A stretch of 62,959 nt of DNA, counting the filler, from Hausera hauseri (taxonomy: Eukaryota): NCBI GenBank assembly GCA_046269625.1. It is 9 parts of 9 records of this genome, joined end to end, with 100 filler letters (N's around TTAATTAATTAA, not from the genome) between each part and the next. Parts side by side here need not be neighbours in the genome. Positions count along the whole stretch, not along the records: positions 1 to 3,957 come from JBJURY010858967.1; positions 4,058 to 8,637 come from JBJURY010519458.1; positions 8,738 to 25,148 come from JBJURY010299944.1; 6 more parts are not named here. The stretch is one strand, 5' to 3'. The notes under the pieces were generated by a model that was not told the DNA's origin, searched no databases, and saw only the letters and a program-made list of their open reading frames with translations. A program made the position numbers and the translations under genes. Below are positions 1 through 11,700 of the stretch, in pieces (position 1 is the first letter of the stretch; each line of letters opens with the position of its first letter).

Positions 1-377
1 ATATACACACAATGTATAAAATATTTTCTTAAAAAATATACAATTCTGCAATTAGTACCAAAGACCAATGTGACCGACATCATTTCCAAGAAGCAGAAGT
101 TTGTTATGAAGGAACAACGACGATGTTGTAACAGATCCACGAAACAGTGTGGCTGACAATCGATTGAGACTAGTGTACTAATTCATGTAGAAAAACAGGC
201 CAAATATATTGTAAGAAGCACCAGCAAGTATTTGATTTGGCAGAATCATTAGGGAACGAATTCCGTTCAAATCAGAGCCTTGTGTTGTGTGGTTTTGAGA
301 AAAGTTAGACAATGAAGTAAAACACAATTTCCCATTCGGTTCATTGCTACTGGTAATACACCAGTTTCTGATGAACT

Positions 378-1015
378 TTATCTGAGATATTTCTGATCTT
401 GATTAATGATATTTGATGTATTCGTGAGGTTCTGATTGTTGGAAACTGTTGGACAGAACAATAACAATTTCGGTGATTGAGTTGCCGAAATCGTTTGACC
501 GGAATTGGAAATGTTTGGAGCCAACAGAAATATTATATTCTTTGTTCCGGGTTTAGATATTGACGGTGAAATGAATCTTAACTGGAATGAAAACAGCGAA
601 GACAATTGAGGTTGCACTGAATGGACGATACCAATCGGCTGTAACGTTGATATGTCTTGGAGATGGACTGACTGAGTTGGAGAGAGATTGTTTGATGTGG
701 TAGAAACGTTAACTGCATTTTTCGCTTCGGTAATCGTATTTTTAAAGAGTATGGGTCGATTGATGTTATCGGATTGGAACTCAGCATTTGTTAATAAGTC
801 AGTGGAGTTCGGTGGTGGTACTTGACCAATAATATCGTTATTCGTAGAAGATATCTGTATTGTAGTCTGTTTTGGTGGTGCGGTTTGATTCCGAGTTTTT
901 TGGAAGTTGTTGAAATTTGAAGCACATGGTTGAACTTGAAACTGATGTGCATTTTGATAAGGTAAGTGATACGTACCGTTCGAATGTTGAAAATAAGGAG
1001 TCAGGTAACCTTCTT
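378..1015 (-). CDS. Possible exon of a low-complexity Q/S/T/N/P-rich protein
   Basis: Stop-free frame of ~210 codons extending upstream of the 378..617 ORF (..HLPYQNAHQFQVQPCASNFNNFQ..); no recognisable domain. Confidence 0.3.
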
Positions 1016-2075
1016 AAGTTTAAATGTTACGAAAATCAGTGATGTGCATCGTGAAAATTATTATGTGGTTTATCGGATACGTTCATGCGTACCGTACAAG
1101 AAATTTAAAGATTCCGATTAATGGTGGCTAAACTTCCGACTAGCCATGACGAGTAAAGCGTAACAAAAGTCGTCTGTATAAAACCACGAGTCATTTGTTG
1201 ATATTAGAGTCTGTCTGAAAATAAGACCATACCACCTGCTTGCATGAGACAGAGTTAAATTGCACAACCTATTGGACTCCTGTCACTTTCACAGGGGTTT
1301 ATTTATGAATATTCATTCTGATTGACGGACTTGCAACGGTATTAAATTCTTAAGGCGGGGAATCGGGTCCGACTATTTATCCGACGCGGCGACATCGGAC
1401 GCCCGGCCGTGCCCAACCAAATGGACCAAAGGGCACCGGCAGCGGTGGGTGCCACATCGGGATTCCATCATCAGTGCACACACATGGGTGTCTGTGACGT
1501 CATCGGTGCATCGTGCGCCTTTCTTTCCGGTTGCGTTCGGCTACTTATTGTCCGATTGTTACGGGACCGGTGCCAGCTCACCGATACCGTTTTCCAGTTC
1601 CCCATAAACCATAGGCCGGTTCTGGATCACTTTTTCTCAATCTCCTCGTGCCGATGTGCTCCATCTGATCGACTTCGTTCCTTTGTCATTTGATGCGCCA
1701 TCGCTCGTCCATTATTTCTATGCGTCACACATGACTATCCATCATTTCCTTCTAACATCCACTTTTTTCGTGCACTTCCCCAACTTCCGGGGTGCATCAT
1801 GCATCTTTCCGGGTGTGATTTTTGAAATCTCCGTCGCCCAATTGACAAACCCAGTACCTGTGTGCGCATCAAGCACGTTTCGTATTGGCTGCATGGGGGG
1901 TGATCCAGAACCGGCATTTTTATACTACTTACGCGGAATTACGTGACTTATTAAACAAAATGAACATAAACATAATCTCGGCAGAATAAAATAGGAAATA
2001 AGTAACATTAATTGAATTCGTTTGAAAATATAATTTTAATTAAACATTATCATCAATTAATCGGTCATCAAATCC

Positions 2076-3839
2076 ATGGGCAGAGGGAAAAACTTTGACA
2101 AAGATAAGACAGTTAAAAAATTCAAAGTCGGTCACTTCAAGGTTTCCGAGGAAGGCATTTTAACTTACAAAAAGGTAATTGTTATCATAGATACGTATTT
2201 TGTTTTGACCAACTGTATTGTACAGAAAACTTTATCAGACATTAAAGCCGCCATCCAGTTGGGAATTATGATAAGTGTTGGGTCGGTAAATAATCAGCCA
2301 GAAAGAGATTTGCTATCAAAAGATTTTGGTGTCGAGGAAGTAGCGTGGGTGCCTCAAGATGGAACTTCTTTAACACTGGCACACAGTCTCGGGAATTTTC
2401 AATTCCGAACTTACTCGCCGATTGGCTTTCGGTATTTCAGGGATATTTACAAATTGAATAGATGTGAATTTATGGTAAGGTATTTTTCGTTTACCCCATT
2501 TAATATGCTCTTCGTACATGACATTTGTTAACACCTTTAGCAGACACTTGCAGTTTATTTTAATGTTTACAGTAACCATAATTCAGTGCACGTTTGGGTA
2601 AATTAGACAAACTTAATAAAATCAATATTTATCTATTGATATAATGTACAATATATTATAGTAAAAATTAGGCTATTGTAGAAATTTACCACCCTTTCTG
2701 AATACTATTGTAAGTGTTAATTTCATTGACATTTAGTTTATCATGCTTGTGTGTCAAAATATTATTTGATGATTGTGTGTATTTATGACATTTTTGAATT
2801 TGAACAGATTTAAATACGTTATAGTTTATTATCATCTGAAACTGTGATTAACGATATGATTTCATTAGAATTCCGTTTGTTCCAAAGAATTGGTCGACTT
2901 AAGCAGTCTGGGAGCTAGTGGATCGATATTTTATCGCACAGAAGACGACGAGTTTATCATTAAAACAGTTAGTAACAAAGAAGCACTGTTTCTGAAAAAA
3001 CTACTACCAGAGTATTACATGAATCTGATGCAGCATCCACGAACACTGTTGCCGAAATATTACGGCATGTACAGTTATGAGGTAGGCAGTTTTCCATTCA
3101 TTTAAATAATTAATCACCGAATTTCATGTAGACTTTGGATCGAAGTATTCGGTTTGTTATCATGAATAATATCCTCCCATCAATGGTGATCCATGAGAAA
3201 TACGATTTGAAAGGATCCAGTTATAAGAGATATGCGAGTAAAACGGAACTCAAAAAACAGTTGCCAACGTTGAAAGACCTTGATTTCAGGTTGGATTGAT
3301 GGATTTACATGATTGTTTACATTTGGTTTAGAGAAAACCACCCCGGTGGATTGATTTTGGATGCAGTAACGTATGATGCTTTGATTAAAACAATCCATCG
3401 AGACTGCAACGTTCTTGAGTCTTTTAAGATAACAGATTATTCTTTGCTGATCGCCATTCACAATATCGATGACAGCAAAAGTCGAGATACAACATCAAAC
3501 ACCACGGTTGTTGAAAATCAGGATGAATGCCCAGTTGAAAATTCCCAAAACGACACAGATAAACCCAGGCTAAGACCAAAAAAATTGGGCTATAAAGGAT
3601 CACAAAGACGGTTGTCTTCATATACAACACCAATGGAGGCCATCATGTCGGGATTTGAATGCACGGCTAGTGTTAATGGAGAAAACCCTAATTCTTTAAG
3701 TCTACCACCCGGTGGAATTCCAGCAGTTAATGCTAAAGGCGAGAAACTGAATCTGTATATTGGTATCATCGATATTCTCCAGCCGTACAAAACGAAGAAA
3801 AAGATTGAACATACATTGAAGTCAGTTGTCCTCGATAAG
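2076..3839 (+). CDS. PIP5K1: Type I phosphatidylinositol-4-phosphate 5-kinase, multi-exon, 3' end missing
   Basis: Motifs [64 protein letters not shown] introns at about 2175-2225, 2475-2868, 3082-3131, 3290-3331; donor at 3840. Confidence 0.93.
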
Positions 3840-3957
3840 GTAAGATAAATTTGACCTTTGGTTTTATATACCATGTTACTATGAATTTACGTATATTGCA
3901 AAATCCTTCGCAAAATATTCATTGAAGGTAATTAGCATAGTTAATAAAAAAATCCAA

Positions 3958-4057
3958 NNNNNNNNNNNNNNNNNNNNNNNNNNNNNNNNNNNNNNNNNNN
4001 NTTAATTAATTAANNNNNNNNNNNNNNNNNNNNNNNNNNNNNNNNNNNNNNNNNNNN
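3958..4057. other. Artificial contig spacer (N44-TTAATTAATTAA-N44); same spacer at 8638-8737, 25149-25248, 29526-29625, 37309-37408, 44307-44406, 52427-52526, 56852-56951
   Basis: Eight identical 100-nt N blocks with a central all-frame stop linker; sequence character changes abruptly across them. Confidence 0.97.
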
Positions 4058-4636
4058 AACAATTTGTGAAAATCTTTTCCTGATCATTACATCCGTACTC
4101 TAACATTGTTTTTACATACAGTATGTAATTTTTTCACAAAATTTTTTTTTATTTCTTTGTCGTGTTTTTTTTTTAGCTTGATACATGATTAATCCTTAGA
4201 AACTGCCAATGTAAAGGTTTCCATCATGTTGCATACTTTTTAATTCACTTTTTAACCAATTTAAAGTAGGTGCTTGACTGCTGCAAGAGCCAGTTTACAG
4301 CTGCTCTAAATTTAACGCCTTAAAAAAACAGCTTTTCTTCTGCCTCATCAGAAAAGGCACAACACAGCAAGAGCATTACATCATTGGAAAATTTCTCCAA
4401 TACATTGTTTAATTCTCCCACAGGTTTTTCTACATTTCTATAGAGAAAAACATTGCTGGGAGAAAGATTATCTCCACAGATTACAGTGTTTGTCTCGTTT
4501 TCCTCACAAATCGATGTCTTAATATCTTCAGTGTGCATTTATGTGCTGCTGCAAGCGGCAGTCACTCTCTGTGAGTGCTCAGTCACAAACAGTACAGCAC
4601 AGTAGTTGTGTGTAGGTCAGAGTGTGTGTCTAAATA

Positions 4637-5682
4637 TGTTAGGAAGTGGAAAGCGACGCGTTGCTATGGCAACACGAGCGCTGATCGCTTTCCACTTCCT
4701 TGTTTTGATTTGACTCGTTAGCCAGCGCTGAGCAGATGCACCTGATTCTAATCAGCGCTGTGTATTTAATCCCCTGGTTTTCTCCAGTCCGGTGCTGGAG
4801 CATTACGTGGTGTACATTATGCACGTTGTGAGTAGTCCTTACCTTTTGAGTTGTTCTGTCGTTTGCGGTCCGTTCTAGAAGTAATCTAAGCCTGTTTGTT
4901 TTTGTCGCGGTTTTCTTAGTTCCGCCTCCGAGTCCGTCGCGCTTTACTTTCCGTGTTTTTTCGCCGTTCAGTTCCGTACCCAGTCCTGCGCTTCTCCCCT
5001 CTCGTCATCCTGTGCCTTCTCCTGTCGTATCCATTCCTCTACCCCCAACCCGGACATAAACTGTGTATCCTGTCTGCCATACCTGTGTCAAGCCTGCGTC
5101 CACCTGGTTCCTGTCCTGCTGTGATCCTACCCTCCTGGTTCCTGTCCTGCTGTGGTCCTACACTCCTGGATCCTGTCCTGCCGTTGTCCTGCTCATCTGG
5201 TTCCTGTCCTGCCGCTGTCCCGCACTCCTGTTCCTGTCCTGCCGTTGTCCTGCACTCCTGGTTCTGTCCTGCCGTTGTCCTGCACTCCTGGTTCCTGTCC
5301 TGCCGTGGTCCTACTCTTCTGGTTCCTGTCCTGCCGCAGTCCTGCACTTCTGGTTCCTGTCCTGCCGTTGTCCTGCACACCAGTTCCCGTCCTACCACCC
5401 GGTCCAAGTTCCTGTTGCCTGTCTGTCGTCCTGCCTCCTGGTCCAAGTACTTACCTTTGTGTCTGTCGTCCTACCACCCGGTCCAAGTTCCTGTTTGCCT
5501 GTCTGTCGTCCTGTCACCCGGTCCAAGTACCTACCCTCGTGTCTGTCGTTCTGCCACCCGGTCCCAGTATTAACCTGTTTAGTCTCATTTAGTTATTTAA
5601 TAAACTCTTTATTTTTCCCCAAGACTGTGTGTGTGTGCGTCGCTAGCTGGGTTCCCACCACTAGAACCTCCAACTCCTAACA
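4637..5682 (+). repeat. 5' LTR
   Basis: 8-bp terminal inverted repeat, TATA-like TATTTAA ~4763, AATAAA ~5599, internal ~31-bp tandem repeats ~5104-5380, homologous to 6761-7802. Confidence 0.9.
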
Positions 5683-5683
5683 G

Positions 5684-5694
5684 AATGCTCCAGC
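5684..5694 (+). promoter_or_regulatory. Self-priming primer binding site (Tf1-type)
   Basis: AATGCTCCAGC immediately after the LTR is the exact reverse complement of GCTGGAGCATT at 4794-4804, about 25-30 nt downstream of the TATA box. Confidence 0.8.
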
Positions 5695-5979
5695 CAGACA
5701 TGGAACCCAGCAGCACACACACTAAGGGCTCCTGGCCTGCCCAGATTTTTTCAGGCCAGCAGCCCACCCAGCAGACCCCGCTCAGGCCACAACTGGCCTT
5801 GCTCATCGAGAAGAACCAGCAGCTGTGTGCCCAGGTAGCAGAATTGGGCAAGCTGCTGGGCACGGCTTCCCCCCGTGGTCCAGGTCTCTCGGGTAGCTTA
5901 GGTGACGGTAAGCCCGTTGCTCTCCACCCCGGGAGCTGGTTAGCGTGTCGGTTGGTTGCGGGTCCGTCTGCGCTCCCCG

Positions 5980-6535
5980 TGTCCATCGGCTCCGGTCCCG
6001 TCCGGGGGTCCGACTCTGTCTCCGTCGGCTCCGGTTCCGTCCGGGGGTCCTACTCTGTGTCTGTCGGCTCCGGTTCCGTCCGGGGGTCCGACTCCTTTTC
6101 CGTCAGCTCCTGTACCATCCGGGGGTCCGACCCTGTTTCCGTCGGCTCCGGTACTGTCCGAGGGTCTGACTCCGTGTCCGTCGGCTCCAGTTCCGTCCGG
6201 AGGTCCGAGTCCGTGTCCGTTGGCTCCGGCCCCATCCGGAGGTCTGACTCCGTGTCCCTCGGCTCCGGTTCCACCTGGAAGTCCGACTCAGTTTCCGTCA
6301 GCTCCGGTTCCGTCCGGAGGTCCTACTCCGTGTCCGTCGGCGCCGGCCCCATCCGGAGGTCTGACTCCGTGCCTGTTGGCTCTGGTCCTGCTCGGAGGTC
6401 CGATCCAGTTTCGGTTGGCTCCGGTTCCACCCGGAGACCTGATCCAGTGTCCGTCGGCTCTGGTTCCACCCGGAGGCCCGATCCAGTTTCCGTCGGCTCC
6501 GACTCCTCGTCTGTCAGCTCCGGTTCTGTGCGGAG
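5980..6535 (+). repeat. Degenerate 39-bp tandem repeat within a gag-remnant ORF (ATG ~5700 to 6749)
   Basis: Unit approximately TCCGTCGGCTCCGGTTCCGTCCGGGGGTCCGACTCTGTC (SVSVGSGSVRGSD), about 14 copies. Confidence 0.85.
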
Positions 6536-6760
6536 GACCAAGCCCTTTTTCAGTCTGCGCCGTTTCCGTCCTGAGGTCCAGCCCAGTTTCGTTCGGCCCC
6601 GGCCCCATTTCTGTCAGTCACAGTTCCGGAGCAAGCCGAAGGTCCGGTTCAAGGGCGTGACCGGTCCATTTGGGTCCACAGGGCCCTCCGGCCAGACCCC
6701 CTCCACCCACCCGGGGAAGGTGATTCGGGTGCCAAGAGGCCCCCGTTAGGGGGGGGGTAC

Positions 6761-7802
6761 TGTTAGGAAGTGGAAAGCGAACTGCGCTCGTGTCGCCATG
6801 GCAACACGTCGCTTTCCACTTCCTTATTTTGATTCACCCTATTGGCCAGCGCTGATCGGGCTCGGCAGCTGTGTTGCATCAGGCTGATCAGCGCTGTATA
6901 TTTAAACCCCCGGTTTTCTCCAGTCCGGGGCTGGAGCATTACGTTATGTACATTGTGAGTAGTCCATTACCTTGTTTTGAGTTTATTCTGTCGTTCGCGG
7001 TCCAGTCTGGAAATAATTTAAGCCTGTTTGTTTTGTCGCGGTTTTGGTTCCGCCTCCGAGTCCGTCGCGCTATTATTTCCGTGTTTTTTCGCCGTTTCGG
7101 TTCCTTTACATAGTCCTGCGTTTCTCCCCTCTCGTCATCCTGTGTTCCACCTGTCGTGTCCACTCCTCTACCTCCAATCTGGACATTACCTGTGTATCCT
7201 GTCTGCCACACCCCAAAGTCAAGCCTGTGTCCATCTGTGCATCCTGTCTGTCACACCCCAAAGTCAAGCCTGTGTCCATCTGTGTATCCTGTCTGCCACA
7301 CCCCAAGTCAAGCCTGCGTCCACCTGGTTCCTGTCCTGCTGTGGTCCTGCCCTCCTGGTTCCTGTCCTGCCGTTGTCCTGCACTCCTGGTTCCTGTCCTG
7401 CTGTGGTCCTGCCCTCCTGGTTCCTGTCCTGCTGTGGTTCTACTCATCTGGTTCCTGTCCTGCCGCTGTTCCCGCACTCCTGTTCCTGTCCTGCCGCAGT
7501 CCCGCACTCCTGTTCCTGTCCTGCCGCAGTCCTGCACTCCTGGTTCCTGTCCTGCCGTTGTCCTGCACACCAGTTCCCGTCCTACCACCCGGTCCAAGTT
7601 CCTGCTCGCCTGTCTGTCGTCCTGCCTCCTGGTCCAAGTACTTACCTTTGTGTCTGTCGTCCTGTCACCCGGTCCAAGTTCCTGTTTGCCTGTCTGTCGT
7701 CCTGTCACCCGGCCCAAGTACTTACCCTCGTGTCTGTCGTTCTGCCACCCGGTCCCAGTATTTACCCTGCCGTTTAGTTTATTTAATAAACTCTTTATTT
7801 TT
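6761..7802 (+). repeat. 3' LTR, truncated after the polyA signal
   Basis: Starts TGTTAGGAAGTGGAAAGCGA after the PPT; colinear with 4637-5615; lacks the TCCTAACA end. Confidence 0.88.
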
Positions 7803-8737
7803 ACAAAAGCCTTTTCAGTTTGCATTGTAGTCTCATTTGAATGGGCTTGCATAGTCATGGAAAGTGTATACCCCAAATTGGGGAAATCTTTATAAACCAT
7901 ATTGCGGTAAAGAATGAAATTGATAGATTCTAAGATAATTAAGTTTATGAAATCTTAGCAGGAGAACATAATAAAGAAAAACAACATTTACATTCCGACC
8001 TCGAAATCTTTATCTCGCACAACGAACGCGAAAGACACAAAGGGAAAGAAACATATTGTTTGCATGTGATAGTCACATGACAAATTAGCAAACAACATTA
8101 AAAAAGAATATTATTAGAATAATAGTCAAGCATGAGTACCAGGAAAGTTAAATACGCAGATCAGCAATAGAAAGTTGTACTTATCCTTTTATTATAATCA
8201 CAATTTGTCTCAATAACTAGAGCCCTTGATAAAATATCAAATTCCAGACAAACCAGTAACCGAGCGATGGGCAGTTGGACTGACATTGCTTGCTATAAAA
8301 AGGCAATGGAAGCAAGTCAGAATGAAACTTAACGATCAGCCCAGGAGATAGAAACGAACAACAACGATCATGTGTGAGAAAAGAGAACAAAAGGCATTGA
8401 TACTGTACACTTATCACACCTTGAGTGTCTAGACAAGAGAGATGATAAAAGGAAGACTCGAGGACTGCTGAGGAGGGAGTGAAATGATGACAAAATAAAG
8501 AAAAAGAGAGGAAGATGGTTAAGGCATGGAGAATGGGACTGGAGGTGATGAAAGATGCAGAGTAGAATACGAATTGGGAGCGGGAGGTCTAGTATCAAAG
8601 AAAGGAAGATTTACATTCACTCCAAATGGAATGAACANNNNNNNNNNNNNNNNNNNNNNNNNNNNNNNNNNNNNNNNNNNNTTAATTAATTAANNNNNNN
8701 NNNNNNNNNNNNNNNNNNNNNNNNNNNNNNNNNNNNN

Positions 8738-11700
8738 ATATCTATGACTTTAGAAATTTTAAAATCGACGTAGAAAAATTTAATGGACAACCGGATAAGT
8801 TGATACCATTTTTGAAAGCTTACAAATCACAAAGTACTGCACTAGAAGTTAGTGAAAAGGATCAAATCAGACGTTTACCATTATATTTGACAGACATAGC
8901 CATAGATGCTTATAACGATTTGACTGAAGCCGAGCGAAAAAATTGGAATACCATAAGCATAGCAATGATAGATAGGTTCTTGCCAACCATGTCCCCTCAA
9001 CAACAATTAATTATTTTCCAAAATAGGTTTCAGAAGAATGAATCAGTTACTCAGTTTGCATACTCGTTACGACAGTTAATTTCCAATTATGTAGAAGCTA
9101 TTAAATTGACTAAAATGAGAAAAAATGGAAATAACGAAGTCGAAGAGATCAAAGTTGATACTGATATTTTGTTATCTACACAATTTATTCGTGGTCTCGT
9201 ACCAGATTTGAGGTATAAGGTTCTGGCCGGAAGCCCAAATACATTTGCTGATGCTTTAAAAATGGCACAAAATTTTGAGGCATTTAAACCGCCTAAGCAA
9301 AATAAAGATAATAATTATCAAGCTTCGAGCTCAAATTTTCAGCAAAGCATGCCACGAGAAGATACTAGACAGAATCTATCTAGTAATCAGCAACGAAATG
9401 ATAATTTAGACGCTAACCAAAGTAATAGAAGACCATTTAATAAAGGCAACAATTATCAAAATGATGGTCGTGAAGATATAAATAAAACAGGAAGAGTTAT
9501 AAAATGTTACAGATGTCAGCGTACAGGACATACTGCAAACAACTGTAGAACTCCTAACGACAGATTACCGATAAAAAGCGAGCCTACAACAAAATCAGCA
9601 GCTTTTAATGGTCCTGTAGAAAATTATTACCTTGATTATTGGCCTATGGAAAAACAAGATGCTAAAGAACTTGCTAAATTTCAAAGCTCTAATCCAAACC
9701 GTACGTATCATTCTTGTGGTACGGAAGAAGATGAGGAATTGTTACAAGCTAAGAGAATAATCATTGCAGCACATAAGGATGCAGTACGAAAACACTTTGC
9801 CGGATATCAACTAACGGAACTAGAGCAAATAGCATTTGACTCACTGCCTATACCCGTAGCAGCAGTAGATAAAGATGGAAAGAAAACTATTAAAATGTTG
9901 TCATATGGTTACACCGATGGTTTACCAGCAAAGTTGAAAAAAGTTCCAGAAAAAATTTCCGAAGATACTTTATCAAAACTAAAGAAGCCGAGAAAAGGCT
10001 CAAAATCTCCTCCAAGAAAATTTGCAGATAAGTTTATAAAAGAAGATAAAGAAATTTCCGAAGAAGCTAAAGAAAAAGTTATGAATCAAATGATTAAAGA
10101 TTTAGATCAAATGGCAAGAGGTGAAATACCTTTTGGTTTAGAGAAACTTGATTCTATTAATGCATATTTGCAACCCACCAGCTCATCAAAAGGTAATTAT
10201 AATAAACTTATGAAAGAAATGTACGATTTTCGTAAAACCGAAGTTCAGGAATCGCAAAGAAAACAGATTGACGAGGTTATTGAAGAAGTGCTAAACAAAG
10301 ATAAAACACCTGAACAAATTGAATTAGAAATGTTGCTTAAGGAAGCGCAAGAACTTATAAATAAAGAATTTTCTACATCACAATACGTAGAAGACGTGAT
10401 TATTAAATTAGTTCAGTACAAATTAAAGACAAAAGATTTACCAATTAAGCAAAAACAATTATTGAATGATGATATTAAAGCATTAGAAAGTAAATCCAGC
10501 TACATAAAAAGCAAATTAAATGAATTTCAAGTAGCAAATGACGAAATAGCAGACCTGTTAGACCAAGCACTATCAGTGTCTGAATTGCAAAAATGGAGCG
10601 CCCTCCAAATTTTAGCTCAACGAAGTCAAAAAGAACCTCTTAGTTTGGAAAAATTGGAACAATTAAATGACATTCAAAGCAAATTGCTAGATGTTACTAC
10701 ATCTTTTATAGAATCTATTTCAGAATTAAAGTTTGAAATCCGGAAGTTACTAAATGACAATGAAGATATGGATGACGGCCAGCGAAAGAAACTAACGAAA
10801 ATTCTTAAAGAAATTAGAAAATTAGGTATCGAACCAGATGAGGAAAAAGAACAAAAATTGGAAGAATTCATAGTAACAGTAAAAAGAATCAGAAATAATA
10901 TGTTATATAATGTTGATCTAGATAAAGTAGATTTAGAGTCAGAATCTACCACGCCAAAAACAATGCCCATGGAAGAGGCACAAACCAAAAAAGTGGAGAT
11001 TGTAACAATCTCATCAGATTCTGATGAAGATTTGTACAAACCACAGAGAGATGAATTAGTAAACGTTGCCATTCAGAAAATAGATTTGCAGCAAGAAAAT
11101 ACTGACAACGACTTGGAAAAACAAATAGATGCCTTCAAGAATCATCCTAGTTTTCTAGAAACATTGTTACTGACTTATCTTACTCAAAAACCAGATACTG
11201 AAAACATAAAAAAAGTTGCTCATAAGCTGGTTTCGTTAACCGCTGACGAGTATGCGTATAACGCAACTCCCAGAGTATTGTTAAAGTTGTTAGGAACAAA
11301 TATTAGACGAGTTATAAATCCAGAATTAGATTATGTAAATATCGTAACAAAATTTAACAGCTTAATAATGCCACAAGCCAAATTTTTAGTAAATGATACT
11401 ATAAGACAAATAGACAACCATATCAGAACCAGTATTGACAAACCATTAAATGAGTTGAATTATAATTTTAAAGGACGTTCCTTAAATTTAGACGACTGTA
11501 TTACTGACTTAGGAATGTTACCTCAAAAAACATACATAATAGATGTAGAGGAAGGAGACCTTAAACCCCTACCAGTAGTGCCAGAGAACATCAACTTAAC
11601 TGAGGTTTGTAATGATGATACGGAAATGCTCGAAAACGTAGCAAAATGTACATTGCTAGAATTAAATAAAACAGCAAAGACTAAGCGAACAAAAACAATT

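Larger units (their letters stand above)
4637..7802 (+). mobile_element. Non-autonomous Ty3/Gypsy LTR element of Tf1/sushi (chromovirus) type, teleost-like
   Basis: 5' LTR 4637-5682 (TGTTAGGA...TCCTAACA); G-rich PPT 6748-6760; second LTR from 6761, truncated near 7802; 1.08-kb internal region with no pol. Confidence 0.88.

Noticed and set aside
1340-1950. GC-richer island with short ORFs upstream of PIP5K
   Set aside because: No recognisable motifs or termini; possibly a TE fragment but unsupported
4002-4013. Recurrent TTAATTAATTAA between N runs as a biological repeat
   Set aside because: Artificial all-frame-stop linker joining contigs; adjacency across it has no biological meaning
4953-5680. 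Overlapping Cys/Pro-rich ORFs in several frames (also 7028-7900)
   Set aside because: Produced by stop-poor ~31-bp tandem repeats inside the LTRs
5100-6540. CRISPR-like array
   Set aside because: Head-to-tail degenerate repeats with no unique spacers, in a eukaryotic LTR context, no cas genes
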